From an uncultured Acidobacteriota bacterium (lineage in GTDB: Bacteria > Acidobacteriota > Thermoanaerobaculia > UBA5066 > DATFVB01): a stretch of 64,000 bases of DNA. The notes below the pieces were generated by a model. That model did not search any database. It was not told where the DNA came from and saw nothing but the letters and a program-made list of their open reading frames with translations. The stretch lies in the NCBI GenBank assembly GCA_963813155.1, contig CAWEYG010000001.1, positions 704,001 through 768,000 of the forward strand. The letters run 5' to 3'. Position numbers and translations under genes: made by a program. Shown here one piece after another: positions 31,350-41,727 of the stretch; position 1 is the first letter of the stretch, and each line of letters opens with the position of its first letter.

Positions 31350-33626
31350 ATGACCGCGATCACTCCCGCTCTCGTCACCGAGCACCAGCTCTCGGAGGAC
31401 GAGTACAGGAACATCCTCGACATCCTCGGCCGGGAGCCCTCGATCACCGAGCTCGGGATCTTCTCGGCGATGTGGTCGGAGCACTGCTCGTACAAGTCGT
31501 CGAAACGGTACCTGCGGACGTTCCCCACGACGGGGCCGCTCGTCGTCCAGGGGCCGGGCGAGAACGCGGGCGTCGTCGACCTCGGCGACGGCCTTTGCGC
31601 CGCGTTCAAGATGGAATCGCACAACCACCCTTCGTTCATCGAACCGTACCAGGGCGCGGCGACGGGAGTCGGCGGAATCCTGAGGGACGTTTTCACGATG
31701 GGAGCGCGCCCGGTCGCCTCGCTCAACTCCCTGAGATTCGGCGACCTGGACGCGCCGCGCATGCGGCACCTCGTGGACGGCGTCGTCCGCGGCATCGCCG
31801 GCTACGGAAACTGCATCGGCATTCCCACGCTCGGCGGCGAGACGACGTTTCACAAGGCGTACAACGGAAACATCCTCGTCAACGTCTTCAACGTGGGCCT
31901 CGTGAAAAAGGACAAGATCTTCAAGGGCACGGCCGCGGGCCCGGGCAACGCGGTGGTCTACGTCGGCTCCAGGACGGGCCGCGACGGCATCCACGGGGCC
32001 ACGATGGCTTCGGCGGAATTCGGCGAAGGGGGCGCGTCCTCCAAGCGGCCGAACGTGCAGGTTGGAGATCCGTTCACCGAAAAACTGCTCCTGGAAGCCT
32101 GCCTCGAGATCTTTCGAGGCGACGCAGTCGTCGGCATCCAGGACATGGGCGCGGCGGGGCTGACGTCCTCCTCGTTCGAAATGGCGGGGCGCGGCGGGGC
32201 GGGAATGGAGATCGAGCTCTCGCGCGTTCCGACGCGCGAGCCGGGAATGACTCCGTACGAGATCATGCTCTCCGAATCGCAGGAGCGAATGCTCCTGGTC
32301 ACGCGCCCGGAGCGACTTGGGGAAGTCCTCGCGGTCTTCCAGAAATGGGAGCTCGACGCCGTCGAGATCGGCACCGTCACTTCGACCGGCCGCATGGTCC
32401 TGAAGTTCCACGGCGAAACCGTCGCCGACATGCCGGTCGGGCCGCTTTCGGAGCGAGCGCCCGTTTACGACCGGCCCCGAAAGTCTGCCGCGAAGCCCGC
32501 GGGCTCCGCGCGCTGGATGTCAGAGCCCGAGCCGGACTATCTCGATGCGCTCGCGCGCCTGCTCGCCTCGCCGAACATCGCGGAAAAGAGGTGGATCTGG
32601 AACCAGTACGACCACATGGTGCGCAGCAACACCGCCGAACGGCCGGGCGGAGACGCCGCGGTGATCCGCCTCAAGGCGACCTCCTGGATCGACGACTCCG
32701 GCGCCGGGCAGCCGGGGCGCTCGTCGGAGATTCAGAAGGGACTCGCCCTGAAGACGGACGTCAATCCTTTCTTCTGCGCGCTCGACGCGAAGCGCGGCGC
32801 GGCGATCGCCGTCGCGGAGTGCGCCCGCTCGATCGCCGCGACGGGCGCGCGGCCGCTCGCCGTCACCGACTGCCTCAATTTCGGCAGCCCCGAAAAGCCG
32901 GAGGTCATGGAGCAGTTCGCGCTCGCCGTGGAAGGAATCACCGAGGCGTGCCGGGCCCTCGCGACTCCCGTGGTTTCGGGGAACGTCTCCTTCTACAACG
33001 AGACCGAAGGACAATCGATTCTGCCGACGCCGACGATCGGCATGATCGGACTCCTCGACGACGTCGATCGCCACGTCTCGATCGCGTTTCGCCGGGAAGG
33101 GGACGTCATCGCCCTTCTCGGGACAACGCGCGACGAGCTCGGCGGATCGGAGTTCCTCCGCACGATCCGGGACCGGGACGAAGGGCCGTGCCCGGCCCTG
33201 GACCTCGCGGCGGAAAAAGCGCTCGTCGAGCTCCTCGTCGAAGGCGCCTCGGCCTCGCTCTTCTCTTCCGCGCACGACGTCTCCGACGGCGGGCTCGCGG
33301 TCGCGCTCTGCGAGAGCGCGTTTCGGGGCGAGCTCGGAGCGCGCCTCGCGTTCGAGAGCCACGGAATCCGCGCGTCGTCGGTTCTCTTCGGGGAGTCGAC
33401 GGGACGCGCGCTCGTGTCCTTCTCGCGCGAGGACGCGGCCACCGTCGAAAAGCTCGCGAAGGCAAAGGGCGTCCCTTGCGCGCCGATCGGGAACGTCTCG
33501 GGAGGCTCGATCCGCATCGACCTGGACGGAAAGACCCTCATCGACGCACCGCTCGACACCCTGAAGGCCCGCTGGGCGACGGCGTTCCGGATCGCCGTCG
33601 AGAGAGATCCCGCCGTCGAACGCTAG
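31350..33626 (+). CDS. purL: FGAM synthase subunit PurL
   Basis: [45 protein letters not shown]. Confidence 0.97.
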   Translation: MTAITPALVTEHQLSEDEYRNILDILGREPSITELGIFSAMWSEHCSYKSSKRYLRTFPTTGPLVVQGPGENAGVVDLGDGLCAAFKMESHNHPSFIEPYQGAATGVGGILRDVFTMGARPVASLNSLRFGDLDAPRMRHLVDGVVRGIAGYGNCIGIPTLGGETTFHKAYNGNILVNVFNVGLVKKDKIFKGTAAGPGNAVVYVGSRTGRDGIHGATMASAEFGEGGASSKRPNVQVGDPFTEKLLLEACLEIFRGDAVVGIQDMGAAGLTSSSFEMAGRGGAGMEIELSRVPTREPGMTPYEIMLSESQERMLLVTRPERLGEVLAVFQKWELDAVEIGTVTSTGRMVLKFHGETVADMPVGPLSERAPVYDRPRKSAAKPAGSARWMSEPEPDYLDALARLLASPNIAEKRWIWNQYDHMVRSNTAERPGGDAAVIRLKATSWIDDSGAGQPGRSSEIQKGLALKTDVNPFFCALDAKRGAAIAVAECARSIAATGARPLAVTDCLNFGSPEKPEVMEQFALAVEGITEACRALATPVVSGNVSFYNETEGQSILPTPTIGMIGLLDDVDRHVSIAFRREGDVIALLGTTRDELGGSEFLRTIRDRDEGPCPALDLAAEKALVELLVEGASASLFSSAHDVSDGGLAVALCESAFRGELGARLAFESHGIRASSVLFGESTGRALVSFSREDAATVEKLAKAKGVPCAPIGNVSGGSIRIDLDGKTLIDAPLDTLKARWATAFRIAVERDPAVER

Positions 33627-33652
33627 GGGTGAGGAAATTTCCTGCGATCGGT

Positions 33653-33678
33653 GGAACATTTTGCCCGGCCGGGCCGTT
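33653..33678 (+). promoter_or_regulatory. ECF-type promoter GGAAC-N17-CGTT
   Basis: Matches the widespread ECF consensus; followed by GGAGG (33693-33697) and ATG 33706. Confidence 0.55.
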
Positions 33679-33705
33679 ATCCCGGTATCGACGGAGGCCA
33701 AAACG

Positions 33706-33879
33706 ATGCCTGCAAGCGAGCACATGGTGGTGGTCGACAACCCCCGGGCCGAGCGATCTGCGGGCCCGCCGCCTGGAGATCGTGATCGGAAGACCGGCGC
33801 GCGATACCGGCCAGAGGACAGTCGGCCGGGCAAATCCAGGTCGCGGCGCGAAAAGGTCTCCGTCTCGAAAGACTCCTGA
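33706..33879 (+). CDS. Small hydrophilic protein (57 aa), unknown function
   Basis: GGAGG SD 8 nt before ATG and an ECF-like promoter; MPASEHMVVVDNPRAE...KDS. Confidence 0.5.
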   Translation: MPASEHMVVVDNPRAERSAGPPPGDRDRKTGARYRPEDSRPGKSRSRREKVSVSKDS

Positions 33880-33939
33880 TCGCCGGGCCCTCGCCGTACG
33901 CGATGGCCAATGCCCTGACGTTCTGACAGAATCCGAGCC

Positions 33940-34122
33940 ATGAGTTGGCTTCTGATGCTCGGCCTCGCGGCGGCCCTGATCGCGGTTGCCGCGGTCCTCG
34001 GCGCCCAGCCCAAGGGGGCGCGCCCGGTTTCGAACACGAAGCTCATGGGAGTCGCCCGTTTCGTGCTGCTCGTCTTCGGGCTCCTGCTCGCGTTCTTCGC
34101 ATTCCGCTCCCGCGGCCACTGA
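33940..34122 (+). CDS. Small two-TM membrane protein
   Basis: Two hydrophobic helices around a GAQPKGARPV loop; extended -10-like TGaCAGAAT 7 nt before ATG. Confidence 0.7.
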   Translation: MSWLLMLGLAAALIAVAAVLGAQPKGARPVSNTKLMGVARFVLLVFGLLLAFFAFRSRGH

Positions 34123-34127
34123 TTCCC

Positions 34128-34598
34128 GTGAACATCGACTGGGAGGGAATCGTCGTCGCGTTCGAGAGCCGTTCGCAGCAGATCACTCACTTCTTCGACC
34201 GCGAAACGGGGGAAGTCGTCCAGGTCGTCCGGGACCGCGACCCCGGAAAGCACGACGAGCTGACCGCGTCCGCCCGGTTCCTCGCGCTGCCGAAGGACCA
34301 CGGCGAACGGGGGTTCGGGGAAATGGAGCTCTTCCTGGACGAAGTCGAAAAGGACGGCGTCCGGGCAAAGCTCCGCGCCGCCCTGTCGGCGCCGGAACCC
34401 GCGCTCGCCTACCGCGAGGCTCTCCTTTCCGAACCGCGCGAAGAATCGCGTTTCTTCCAGTTCAAGCAGCGCCGCGCCCGGGAACGGGCGGAGCAGTGGC
34501 TCGCGTCGATGGCCATCCCGTTCGAAAGACGGCCCGCGCCCTCGAAGGCCGAACGCGATTTTCCCGCCGGGGCGCCGGGCGGCCCACGGAAACCGTAG
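34128..34598 (+). CDS. UPF0158-like protein
   Basis: IDWEGIVVAFE, FFDRETGEV, MELFLDEV..L..AL, AEQWL pattern. Confidence 0.6.
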   Translation: MNIDWEGIVVAFESRSQQITHFFDRETGEVVQVVRDRDPGKHDELTASARFLALPKDHGERGFGEMELFLDEVEKDGVRAKLRAALSAPEPALAYREALLSEPREESRFFQFKQRRARERAEQWLASMAIPFERRPAPSKAERDFPAGAPGGPRKP

Positions 34599-34618
34599 AT
34601 CCGACCCGTTTCTTTTTG

Positions 34619-34644
34619 CGGAACCTCCCCGGTCTCCTTGCGTA
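34619..34644 (+). promoter_or_regulatory. ECF (SigW-like) promoter upstream of the ABC exporter
   Basis: CGGAAC-N16-CGTA, compared with the B. subtilis SigW consensus TGAAAC-N16-CGTA. Confidence 0.5.
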
Positions 34645-34703
34645 CTGACCTGTAAGGAAGTCTCCTGCGCGGGACCCGGAGCGGGGAGACGGGGAGGAAC
34701 CGG

Positions 34704-35813
34704 ATGAAGAAGCTTTTCAAAATGCTGTTTCTGCTGGCGATCCTCGTCGCCGTCGTCGCGGGGCTCTACGCGTGGGCGAGCAACGGCAAGAAGGACGACA
34801 AGAACAAGCTCGTGGAGGTCCTCAAGGGCTCGATCACGGAGAAGGCGCTCGCCGTCGGCCAGATCGAGCCGCGTCAGAAGTTTTCAGTGAAGTCGACGAT
34901 CTCGGGAACCGTGAAGACCTGCCTCGTTCAGGTCGGGGACCGGGTGAAAGCGGGAGACCCGCTGTTCGAAATCAATCCCGAGCCGACGCCGACGGACATT
35001 ACTTCGGTGACGAACTCGGTCTCCTCGAGCGACGCGTCGCTGGAAAAAGCCCGGCTCGACTTCAAACGAACGAACGAGCTCTACCGGCAGGGCCTCGCGT
35101 CGAAGTCCGACTACGACGCCTCGAAAACCCTCCTCGACCTGGCGAAGATCGCGGCGACCAACGCGATGCAGAACCGTGAGCTGACGCTGAGGGGAAAGGT
35201 CAAGGGAGAGGGGCTCCTGATCGAGTCGATCATCCGCGCGCCCGCGGCCGGCACGATCCTGACGCGATCCGTCAATCCCGGCGACCCCGTCGTGCCGCTC
35301 ACGCCCTACCAGCCGGGAACCGAGCTGGCGACGATCGCCGACATGACCGACCTGCTGTTCCGCGGCACGGTCGACGAAATCGACGTCGGCAAGATCGCCG
35401 TCGGCATGGCCGCGCGAATGAAGGTCGGGGCGCTTCCGTCCGATGTCGTCACGGGAAAGGTGACGCGAATCGCCCCGCAGGCGCAGCAGAAGGAAGGCGC
35501 GACGCTGTTCGACGTCTGGATCGAGCTCAAGCGGTCGGGGCCGATCGTCCTGCGGGCCGGCTACTCCGCGAACGCGGAGATCGTCATCAAGGAGAAGAAG
35601 GACGTCCTGACGATCCCCGAGCGCCTCGTCGTCTTCGAGGACAACGGAAACCGCGCGACCGTGGAAGTCTCCGCCGGCAACCCGAAGACTCCTCCGAAGA
35701 AGGTCGACGTCAAGCTCGGGATTTCCGACGGCCTGAACGTGGAAGTGGTCTCGGGGCTCTCGGTCGGCCAAAAGCTCGTCGAGCGGCCGCCGAAGGAGAT
35801 CACGGCCAGTTAA
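34704..35813 (+). CDS. Periplasmic adaptor subunit (MacA/YknX-like)
   Basis: N-terminal TM, VKSTISGTV, VGDRVKAGD, IRAPAAGTI, VDEIDVG, GISDG. Confidence 0.9.
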   Translation: MKKLFKMLFLLAILVAVVAGLYAWASNGKKDDKNKLVEVLKGSITEKALAVGQIEPRQKFSVKSTISGTVKTCLVQVGDRVKAGDPLFEINPEPTPTDITSVTNSVSSSDASLEKARLDFKRTNELYRQGLASKSDYDASKTLLDLAKIAATNAMQNRELTLRGKVKGEGLLIESIIRAPAAGTILTRSVNPGDPVVPLTPYQPGTELATIADMTDLLFRGTVDEIDVGKIAVGMAARMKVGALPSDVVTGKVTRIAPQAQQKEGATLFDVWIELKRSGPIVLRAGYSANAEIVIKEKKDVLTIPERLVVFEDNGNRATVEVSAGNPKTPPKKVDVKLGISDGLNVEVVSGLSVGQKLVERPPKEITAS

Positions 35814-35823
35814 GAGACCTTCG

Positions 35824-35901
35824 TCCGCATTTCCCTCTCCCTGGAGGGCAGCCTTCAGACCGCCGAGTAAACGCGGGAGGGTGGCCGCAGGCCGGGTGAG
35901 G
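35824..35901 (-). repeat. Dispersed structured intergenic repeat, copy 2 (inverted)
   Basis: Reverse complement CCTCACCC-GGCCTGCGGCC-ACCCTCCCGCGTTTACT..TCTGAAGGCTGCC..GGAGAGGGAA matches 28118-28200. Confidence 0.75.
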
Positions 35902-35946
35902 GGGCACGGAGGATCGAAGCGAGATGCGTGAAAGGAACTGGTTCCG

Positions 35947-37170
35947 GTGAAAGAAGCCTTCCGCCAGCTGTGGCGCGACATGAGGAGCCAGAAGCTCCGA
36001 ACGTTCCTGACGGTTTTCGGAATCGTCTGGGGCACGGCGGCCGTGTCGCTGCTGCTCGCGTTCGGCATCGGGCTGAAGCACCAGCAGATCCGCCGCGTGA
36101 AGGGCCTCGGCGACCGGATCGTGATCACCTGGCCGGGCCTCACGTCGATCCCGTTCAACGGACTGGGCAAAGGGCGGAAGATCCGCGTCTCGGAAGACGA
36201 CATCGCCGCCGTCCAAAGCCAGGCCACGCAGATCACCGGGGTGTCGTCCGAATATCGAAAGGAAATGAAGGTCCGGTACGGACCGAAGACCTACAACGTC
36301 CAGATTTCCGGCGTGAATCCGTATTTCGGAGACGTCCGGAACCTGATCCCGCAGGCGGGGGGCCGCTTCCTCGACGCGCTCGACATCCGGTACCAGCGGC
36401 GCGTCGCGTTCATCGGCGAGAAGCTCGCGACGGACGTCTTCGGGACGGAACCGGCCGTCGGGAAGAGCGTGCTCATCCAGGGAACTCCGTTCCTCGTCGT
36501 CGGAGAGATGCAGAAGAAGATCCAGAATTCCTCCTACGGCGGGCGGGATACGAACAAGATCTACGTTCCGTCCAGCACGATGCAGGTCCTCACGGGCCAG
36601 AAGTACTGCAACAATTTCCTGTTCCAGCCGGCGCCCGACCGTCCCTCCAAGGCCTCGATCGCGGAAGTGCGAGGGATTCTCGCCCGCCGCCTGCAATTCG
36701 ACCCGAACGACAAGGAAGCGCTGTCGACCTGGGACACGACGGAGAACTTCCACTTCTTCGATGTGTTCTTCCTCGCGTTCAACCTGTTTCTCGGGCTCCT
36801 CGGCGTTCTCACGCTCGTGGTCGGCGGAATCGGCGTTTCCAACATCATGAACGTCGTCGTCGACGAGCGGACTCGCGAGATCGGCATCAAGATGGCGCTC
36901 GGCGCGAAGGAGAAATTCATCCTGCGTCAGTTCCTCCTCGAAACGATGCTGTTGACCGGCGTGGGAGGGGCGACCGGCCTCCTCATCGCGTTCTCGATCT
37001 GCGCCGCCGTGCCCGCGAAGGGCCTCGGCGAAGTCGTCGGCCGGCCCGAACTTTCGCCCGCCGTCGCGCTCGTGACGGCGGCCATTCTCGGAGGAATCGG
37101 TTTCGTCGCCGGGTATTTCCCCGCGCGCGAAGCGTCGCGCCTCGACCCCGTGGTCGCGATGAAGCTCTGA
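35947..37170 (+). CDS. ABC transporter permease (MacB/FtsX family)
   Basis: LRTFLTVFGIVWG, GGIGVSNIM, ERTREIGIKMALGA, PAREASRLDP. Confidence 0.92.
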   Translation: MKEAFRQLWRDMRSQKLRTFLTVFGIVWGTAAVSLLLAFGIGLKHQQIRRVKGLGDRIVITWPGLTSIPFNGLGKGRKIRVSEDDIAAVQSQATQITGVSSEYRKEMKVRYGPKTYNVQISGVNPYFGDVRNLIPQAGGRFLDALDIRYQRRVAFIGEKLATDVFGTEPAVGKSVLIQGTPFLVVGEMQKKIQNSSYGGRDTNKIYVPSSTMQVLTGQKYCNNFLFQPAPDRPSKASIAEVRGILARRLQFDPNDKEALSTWDTTENFHFFDVFFLAFNLFLGLLGVLTLVVGGIGVSNIMNVVVDERTREIGIKMALGAKEKFILRQFLLETMLLTGVGGATGLLIAFSICAAVPAKGLGEVVGRPELSPAVALVTAAILGGIGFVAGYFPAREASRLDPVVAMKL

Positions 37171-37180
37171 TGAGAAAGCC

Positions 37181-38440
37181 GTGAAGACTTCGTCGCTTTC
37201 CGTCGTTTTTCACCTTTTCCTCCAGACCGCCCGGCTGAAGAAGAAGAGGGCGGTCCTCACCATCGCGTCGATCGCGTGGGGAACCGTGACCGTCCTTCTC
37301 CTTCTGGCCTTCGGACAGGGCTTCCGGGAACAGATCCTGGAAAACTCGCAGGGCATGGGCCGGAACATCTCGATCGTCTGGGCGGGCCAGACCTCGAAGG
37401 CCTATCGGGGCCTGCCTTCCGGCAGAAAGATTTCGTTCTCCGACGACGATGCCTCGTACGCGCAGGAAAGAATGGGCAGTCTCGCGACGGTCATCGGAGA
37501 GATCGAGAAAAACCGCGTTCCGCTCGTCTACGGCAAGACGACCGTCAACGGCAGTGTCGTCGGCGTGGAATGGCCCTACCGCCAATGGCGCAATCAGGTC
37601 CCACAGACGGGGGGACGCTTCGTCGACGCGACCGATCAGAAAGAGCGGCGGCGAACCATCTTTTTCGGCGACAAGATCGTCCGCGACGTCTTTGGCAAGG
37701 AAGACCCCGTCGGGAGGACGCTGCTCGTCAACAACATGCCGTTTCTGGTCGTCGGCGTTCTCAAGCACCGCATCCAGGACAACAGCTACATGAACAACGA
37801 CGAAAACCAGACGTTCATCCCGCGCACGACCTTCGAGGGGATGTTCGGGCACCAGAACCTCGACAACATCGTCGTCGGGGTGACGGATGCCGGCCAGATG
37901 AAGCTCGCCGTCGACCGGCTCCGGCACATCCTGGGCGCGCGGCACGGTTTCGACCCCGAAGACAGCCGCGCGATCAACGTCTGGAACACCATCGACGACA
38001 ACAAGGAAACCGCCGCGATCCTGCTCGGCATGCAGGCCTTCCTTGGAATCGTGGGCGCGCTCACGCTGATCGTCGGCGGGATCGGCGTCGCAAACATCAT
38101 GTTCGCGGTCGTCAAGGAGCGAACCCGGGAAATCGGCGTGAAGATGGCGCTCGGCGCACGCCGCGGGTGGATCACCGGCCCGTTCGTCCTCGAGGCCACG
38201 CTCTACACGTTTCTCGGCGGAGCCACGGGAATCCTGATTTCGCTCATCCTCGTCACTCTTCTCGGGCTCATTCCGCTCGATTCGAGCGAAGTGATGGGAT
38301 ACCTCGGGCATCCCCGGATCTCGATACCCATCGGCTTGATCACGATGACGATTCTGGGAGCGATCGGGCTCGCCGCCGGCTATTTTCCGGCCCGGAGGGC
38401 GGCCGCGATCGATCCCGCGGAGACGCTGCGCTATGAATGA
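37181..38440 (+). CDS. ABC transporter permease (MacB/FtsX family)
   Basis: GGIGVANIM, ERTREIGVKMALGA, PARRAAAIDP. Confidence 0.92.
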   Translation: MKTSSLSVVFHLFLQTARLKKKRAVLTIASIAWGTVTVLLLLAFGQGFREQILENSQGMGRNISIVWAGQTSKAYRGLPSGRKISFSDDDASYAQERMGSLATVIGEIEKNRVPLVYGKTTVNGSVVGVEWPYRQWRNQVPQTGGRFVDATDQKERRRTIFFGDKIVRDVFGKEDPVGRTLLVNNMPFLVVGVLKHRIQDNSYMNNDENQTFIPRTTFEGMFGHQNLDNIVVGVTDAGQMKLAVDRLRHILGARHGFDPEDSRAINVWNTIDDNKETAAILLGMQAFLGIVGALTLIVGGIGVANIMFAVVKERTREIGVKMALGARRGWITGPFVLEATLYTFLGGATGILISLILVTLLGLIPLDSSEVMGYLGHPRISIPIGLITMTILGAIGLAAGYFPARRAAAIDPAETLRYE

Positions 38441-39149
38441 CGCCCCGACAGCCATCAACGGCAACGCGATCATCCGGATGGAGAAGATCCGAAAGCTCTA
38501 CGACACCGGCAAGGTGAAGGTCGAGGCGCTCAAGGGCGTGGACTTCGAAGTTCGGAAGGGAGAATTCGTCGCGGTCGTCGGGCCGTCCGGCTCCGGCAAG
38601 TCCACGCTCATGAACCTGATCGGCTGCCTCGACACCGCGACGGAGGGCGACTATTACCTCAGCGGCGAGCCGGTCTCGGGGATGTCCCGCGACGGCCTCG
38701 CGGACATCCGGAATCGGCGCGTCGGGTTCGTCTTTCAGAGCTTCAATCTGCTGCCGCAGATCACCGCCGCCGAAAACGTCGAGCTCCCGCTCGTCTTCGG
38801 CGGAAGGGCGCCCCGGGAGCGCAAGGAGCGCGTCGAGGAATTGCTCGCCCGCGTCGGCCTCGCGGACCGCATGGAACACCGGCCGACGGAGCTCTCCGGC
38901 GGGCAGATGCAGCGTGTCGCGATCGCCCGCGCGCTCGCGATGGACCCCGACATCCTTCTGGCGGACGAGCCGACCGGGAACCTCGACAGCGGCTCCGGCA
39001 GCGACATCATGAGCCTCTTCGCAGAGCTGTCCCGGCAGGGCCGCACGCTCGTCGTCATCACTCACGACATGGGCCTGGCCCGCCGCTCCGGCCGCATCGT
39101 CGAGATGCGCGACGGCGCGATCATCGCCGACGGGTCCGCGGCGGCCTGA
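38433..39149 (+). CDS. ABC transporter ATP-binding protein (LolD/MacB type)
   Basis: [27 protein letters not shown]-loop ITHD. Confidence 0.95.
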   Translation: MNDAPTAINGNAIIRMEKIRKLYDTGKVKVEALKGVDFEVRKGEFVAVVGPSGSGKSTLMNLIGCLDTATEGDYYLSGEPVSGMSRDGLADIRNRRVGFVFQSFNLLPQITAAENVELPLVFGGRAPRERKERVEELLARVGLADRMEHRPTELSGGQMQRVAIARALAMDPDILLADEPTGNLDSGSGSDIMSLFAELSRQGRTLVVITHDMGLARRSGRIVEMRDGAIIADGSAAA

Positions 39150-39180
39150 AGATAACCCTTTCCCGACCGGCGAACCCCGG

Positions 39181-39209
39181 TTGACGCTCCGGGCCGCCTC
39201 CCCTACGCT
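39181..39209 (+). promoter_or_regulatory. Sigma70 promoter of the PP-loop array
   Basis: TTGACG-N17-TACGCT, 14 nt upstream of ATG 39224. Confidence 0.65.
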
Positions 39210-39223
39210 CTTTCAGGCCAGGA

Positions 39224-40477
39224 ATGCGGATTTCGGATCTTCGCCAGGACTCGGTGGGAAAAGCCATTCGGCTTTCTGCCGCCGTCGTGTGGGAAGACGC
39301 CGATCTTCCCGCCGAGAGGGTCTTCGTCGACGTGGAGGGTGTGGCGCCCGCGGAAGTCTCTCCGAGCGCCGAGTCCTTCGCGATTCGGGCCGCGCTCGCC
39401 GCGCTGCGGCAGCGAGAGAGGCGCCTTCTCGTGGAGGGGTCGCTTTGTCCCCGGCTGCGCGACGGCCTGCGGCAGGCCATGCGGACCCTGAATACCTGGT
39501 ATGACGGAGAGCGGGCCGAACCCGTCCTCGAAGCTTCGCTCGGATTCCGGGCGCTCGCTCCCCGGCCCCGACCGCGCGCCGGGTTGTTCCTCTCGGGCGG
39601 AGCCGACTCGCTGTTCATCCTGCGCTCGAACCGAACGAACTACCCCGCGGATCATCCTTCCTCGTTCCAGACGGCAGTCTTCGTCCCGAATTTCGGCGTG
39701 CCGCTCGAGGCGGTCGGCTCTCCCCGAGCCGCCGATGTTCTCCGCCGCCAGCGGAGCGCGGTCGCGAAGATTGCGGCGGCCGTGGGGCTTCGCCTGGTTT
39801 CGTCCTCGGCGCTCTCGAGCGAGCTCGGCGAGGATTCTCCCTACAGTGCGTCGAGCTCCCACGGGGCGCGGCTGGCGGCTCACGGCCTCCTCTTTGCCGA
39901 TCTCGATTCGATCTCGATCGCGCCGTCCTATGACGCCACCTATCAGCGGCCCTGGGGCAGCCACCCGCTCCTGGATCCCCTCTACAGCAGCAGCTCGCTC
40001 GAAGTGCGTCATGAAGGTTTCGGGTACACGCGGGTCGAGCGTGTCGCCGCCGTCGCGCGATGGAGCGAGGGCCTTCCTCACCTGATCGTCTGCGCTCAGG
40101 GACCGCTCGAGGATGGAAAAGCGAACTGCGGTCGATGCGAGAAATGTATCCGGACGATGATCGAGCTGCTCCTGGCAGATTCTCTCTCGGAAGACGGGCC
40201 GTTCGGGGTCGGCGATCTGGATGCTTCGCTCATCGACCCGTTCTTTCTCGATCCCCTCTCGACTGGCCATTGGAGATCTTTTCCCTCATCGCTTCGGGCG
40301 AAGGGGCGGACGGACCTTGCCGCCGCGGCCGAGCTCACGCTGCGAAACGCGTGTCGCAAGCTCGACTGGCTCGACGACCGCGGTTGGAAGGGCGAGCTCC
40401 GACGATTCGACCGGAAATACCTCGGCGGCCGGCTGCTCGATGCCAGCCGGCGAATTCGCGGCGCCGGGCGAAGCTGA
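39224..40477 (+). CDS. PP-loop/Zn (QueC-like) protein, paralogue 1
   Basis: SGGADS, PWGSHPLLDP, VC..NCGRCEKCIRT, GWKGELRRFDR tail. Confidence 0.85.
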   Translation: MRISDLRQDSVGKAIRLSAAVVWEDADLPAERVFVDVEGVAPAEVSPSAESFAIRAALAALRQRERRLLVEGSLCPRLRDGLRQAMRTLNTWYDGERAEPVLEASLGFRALAPRPRPRAGLFLSGGADSLFILRSNRTNYPADHPSSFQTAVFVPNFGVPLEAVGSPRAADVLRRQRSAVAKIAAAVGLRLVSSSALSSELGEDSPYSASSSHGARLAAHGLLFADLDSISIAPSYDATYQRPWGSHPLLDPLYSSSSLEVRHEGFGYTRVERVAAVARWSEGLPHLIVCAQGPLEDGKANCGRCEKCIRTMIELLLADSLSEDGPFGVGDLDASLIDPFFLDPLSTGHWRSFPSSLRAKGRTDLAAAAELTLRNACRKLDWLDDRGWKGELRRFDRKYLGGRLLDASRRIRGAGRS

Positions 40478-40479
40478 AA

Positions 40480-41724
40480 GTGCGAATTTCCGAGCCCCGC
40501 CTCGAGAAAACGGAATCGCGAATTCGGGCCGTCGCCCGCGTGGAATGGGAAGACTGCGATCGGCCGTCCGGGGACGTGGTCTTCGAGATGGAGGCGGAGC
40601 TGGCCAGCGAGTTCACCGCCTCGCCCGAGGCCTTCGCCATCGTCTGCGCGCTCCAGGCCCGCCGGGACGGTGAACGCCGCCTCAGAATCGAGGCGCCTCT
40701 CTGCCCCCAGCTCCGCGAGGGCCTATCTCGAATCTTCCTGACCCTGGACTCCTGGTTCCCCCCGCGAGCACGCGCGCCCGGGATCGAGGCCTCCGGGGGC
40801 TTTCGCGTCCTCGCGCCGCCCCCGCCACGGGCCGCGGCGCTCGTCTCCGCGGGAATCGACTCGCTCCGCCTGATCCTCGGAAACCGGAGGACCTTCCCGC
40901 GGGACCACCCGTATTCTTTCCTCGACGGGCTCTTCCTGTACGGCACCGTCAACCGGCAGGGTGTTTCTCCCTCGGCGATCGAAAACCTGGTCGAGCGCCA
41001 GCGGCGCTGCGTGGAGGCGGCTTGTCGCCTCGCCGGGATTCGGCTTCTTCCCGTTTTCATCGACCTCAACGTCCTCGGGGACGAGCGGGAGTTCGTGCTG
41101 TCGCAGGGGCACGGCGCGAGGCTCGCGGCGGCCGGGCATCTCTTCCACACCCTTTCGAGGGTTTCGATCGCGTCGTCCTATTTCGCCGGCGACCTGTTCC
41201 CCTGGGGCAGCCATCCGCTGATCGATCCCTTCTTCGGGAGCAGCTCGCTCGACATCCGGCACGAGGGCATCCACCGGCGGCGTCAGGAAGCCGTCCGCGA
41301 TCTTCTCGACTGGCCCGAACTTCTCCCGCTCGCAATGGTCTGCGGCGAGGCGCCGATCGATCCTCGCCGGATCAACTGCGGTCGATGCGAAAAATGCGTT
41401 CGCACCATGCTGGAGCTGGATCTCGCCGGCGCCCTCGAAGCCGCGACGTCCTTCCCGCGGCGCGCCCTCACGGCCGACGATCTCGATGCAATCTCTCCCA
41501 ACTACTCGGTTTTCACGTTCTGGCGGGACCTCGCCGAAGCTCTGGGAGCGAGCGCGCGAAACGACCTCGCCGCGGCGGCGCACCGTGTCGCCGACCGAGC
41601 GGCGCGCCACCGCGATTGGCTCGAAGAAAGCGGCTGGAAGGGAAGGATCCGCCGTTTCGATCGCGTTTCCCTCGGAGGCCGCCTTGCCGGTGCGAGAAAC
41701 GCGTTTCGCCGGGTTCGAGGATGA
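40480..41724 (+). CDS. PP-loop/Zn (QueC-like) protein, paralogue 2
   Basis: GTG start VRISEPR chosen by homology; SAGIDS, PWGSHPLIDP, NCGRCEKCVRT. Confidence 0.85.
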   Translation: MRISEPRLEKTESRIRAVARVEWEDCDRPSGDVVFEMEAELASEFTASPEAFAIVCALQARRDGERRLRIEAPLCPQLREGLSRIFLTLDSWFPPRARAPGIEASGGFRVLAPPPPRAAALVSAGIDSLRLILGNRRTFPRDHPYSFLDGLFLYGTVNRQGVSPSAIENLVERQRRCVEAACRLAGIRLLPVFIDLNVLGDEREFVLSQGHGARLAAAGHLFHTLSRVSIASSYFAGDLFPWGSHPLIDPFFGSSSLDIRHEGIHRRRQEAVRDLLDWPELLPLAMVCGEAPIDPRRINCGRCEKCVRTMLELDLAGALEAATSFPRRALTADDLDAISPNYSVFTFWRDLAEALGASARNDLAAAAHRVADRAARHRDWLEESGWKGRIRRFDRVSLGGRLAGARNAFRRVRG

Positions 41725-41727
41725 CGC

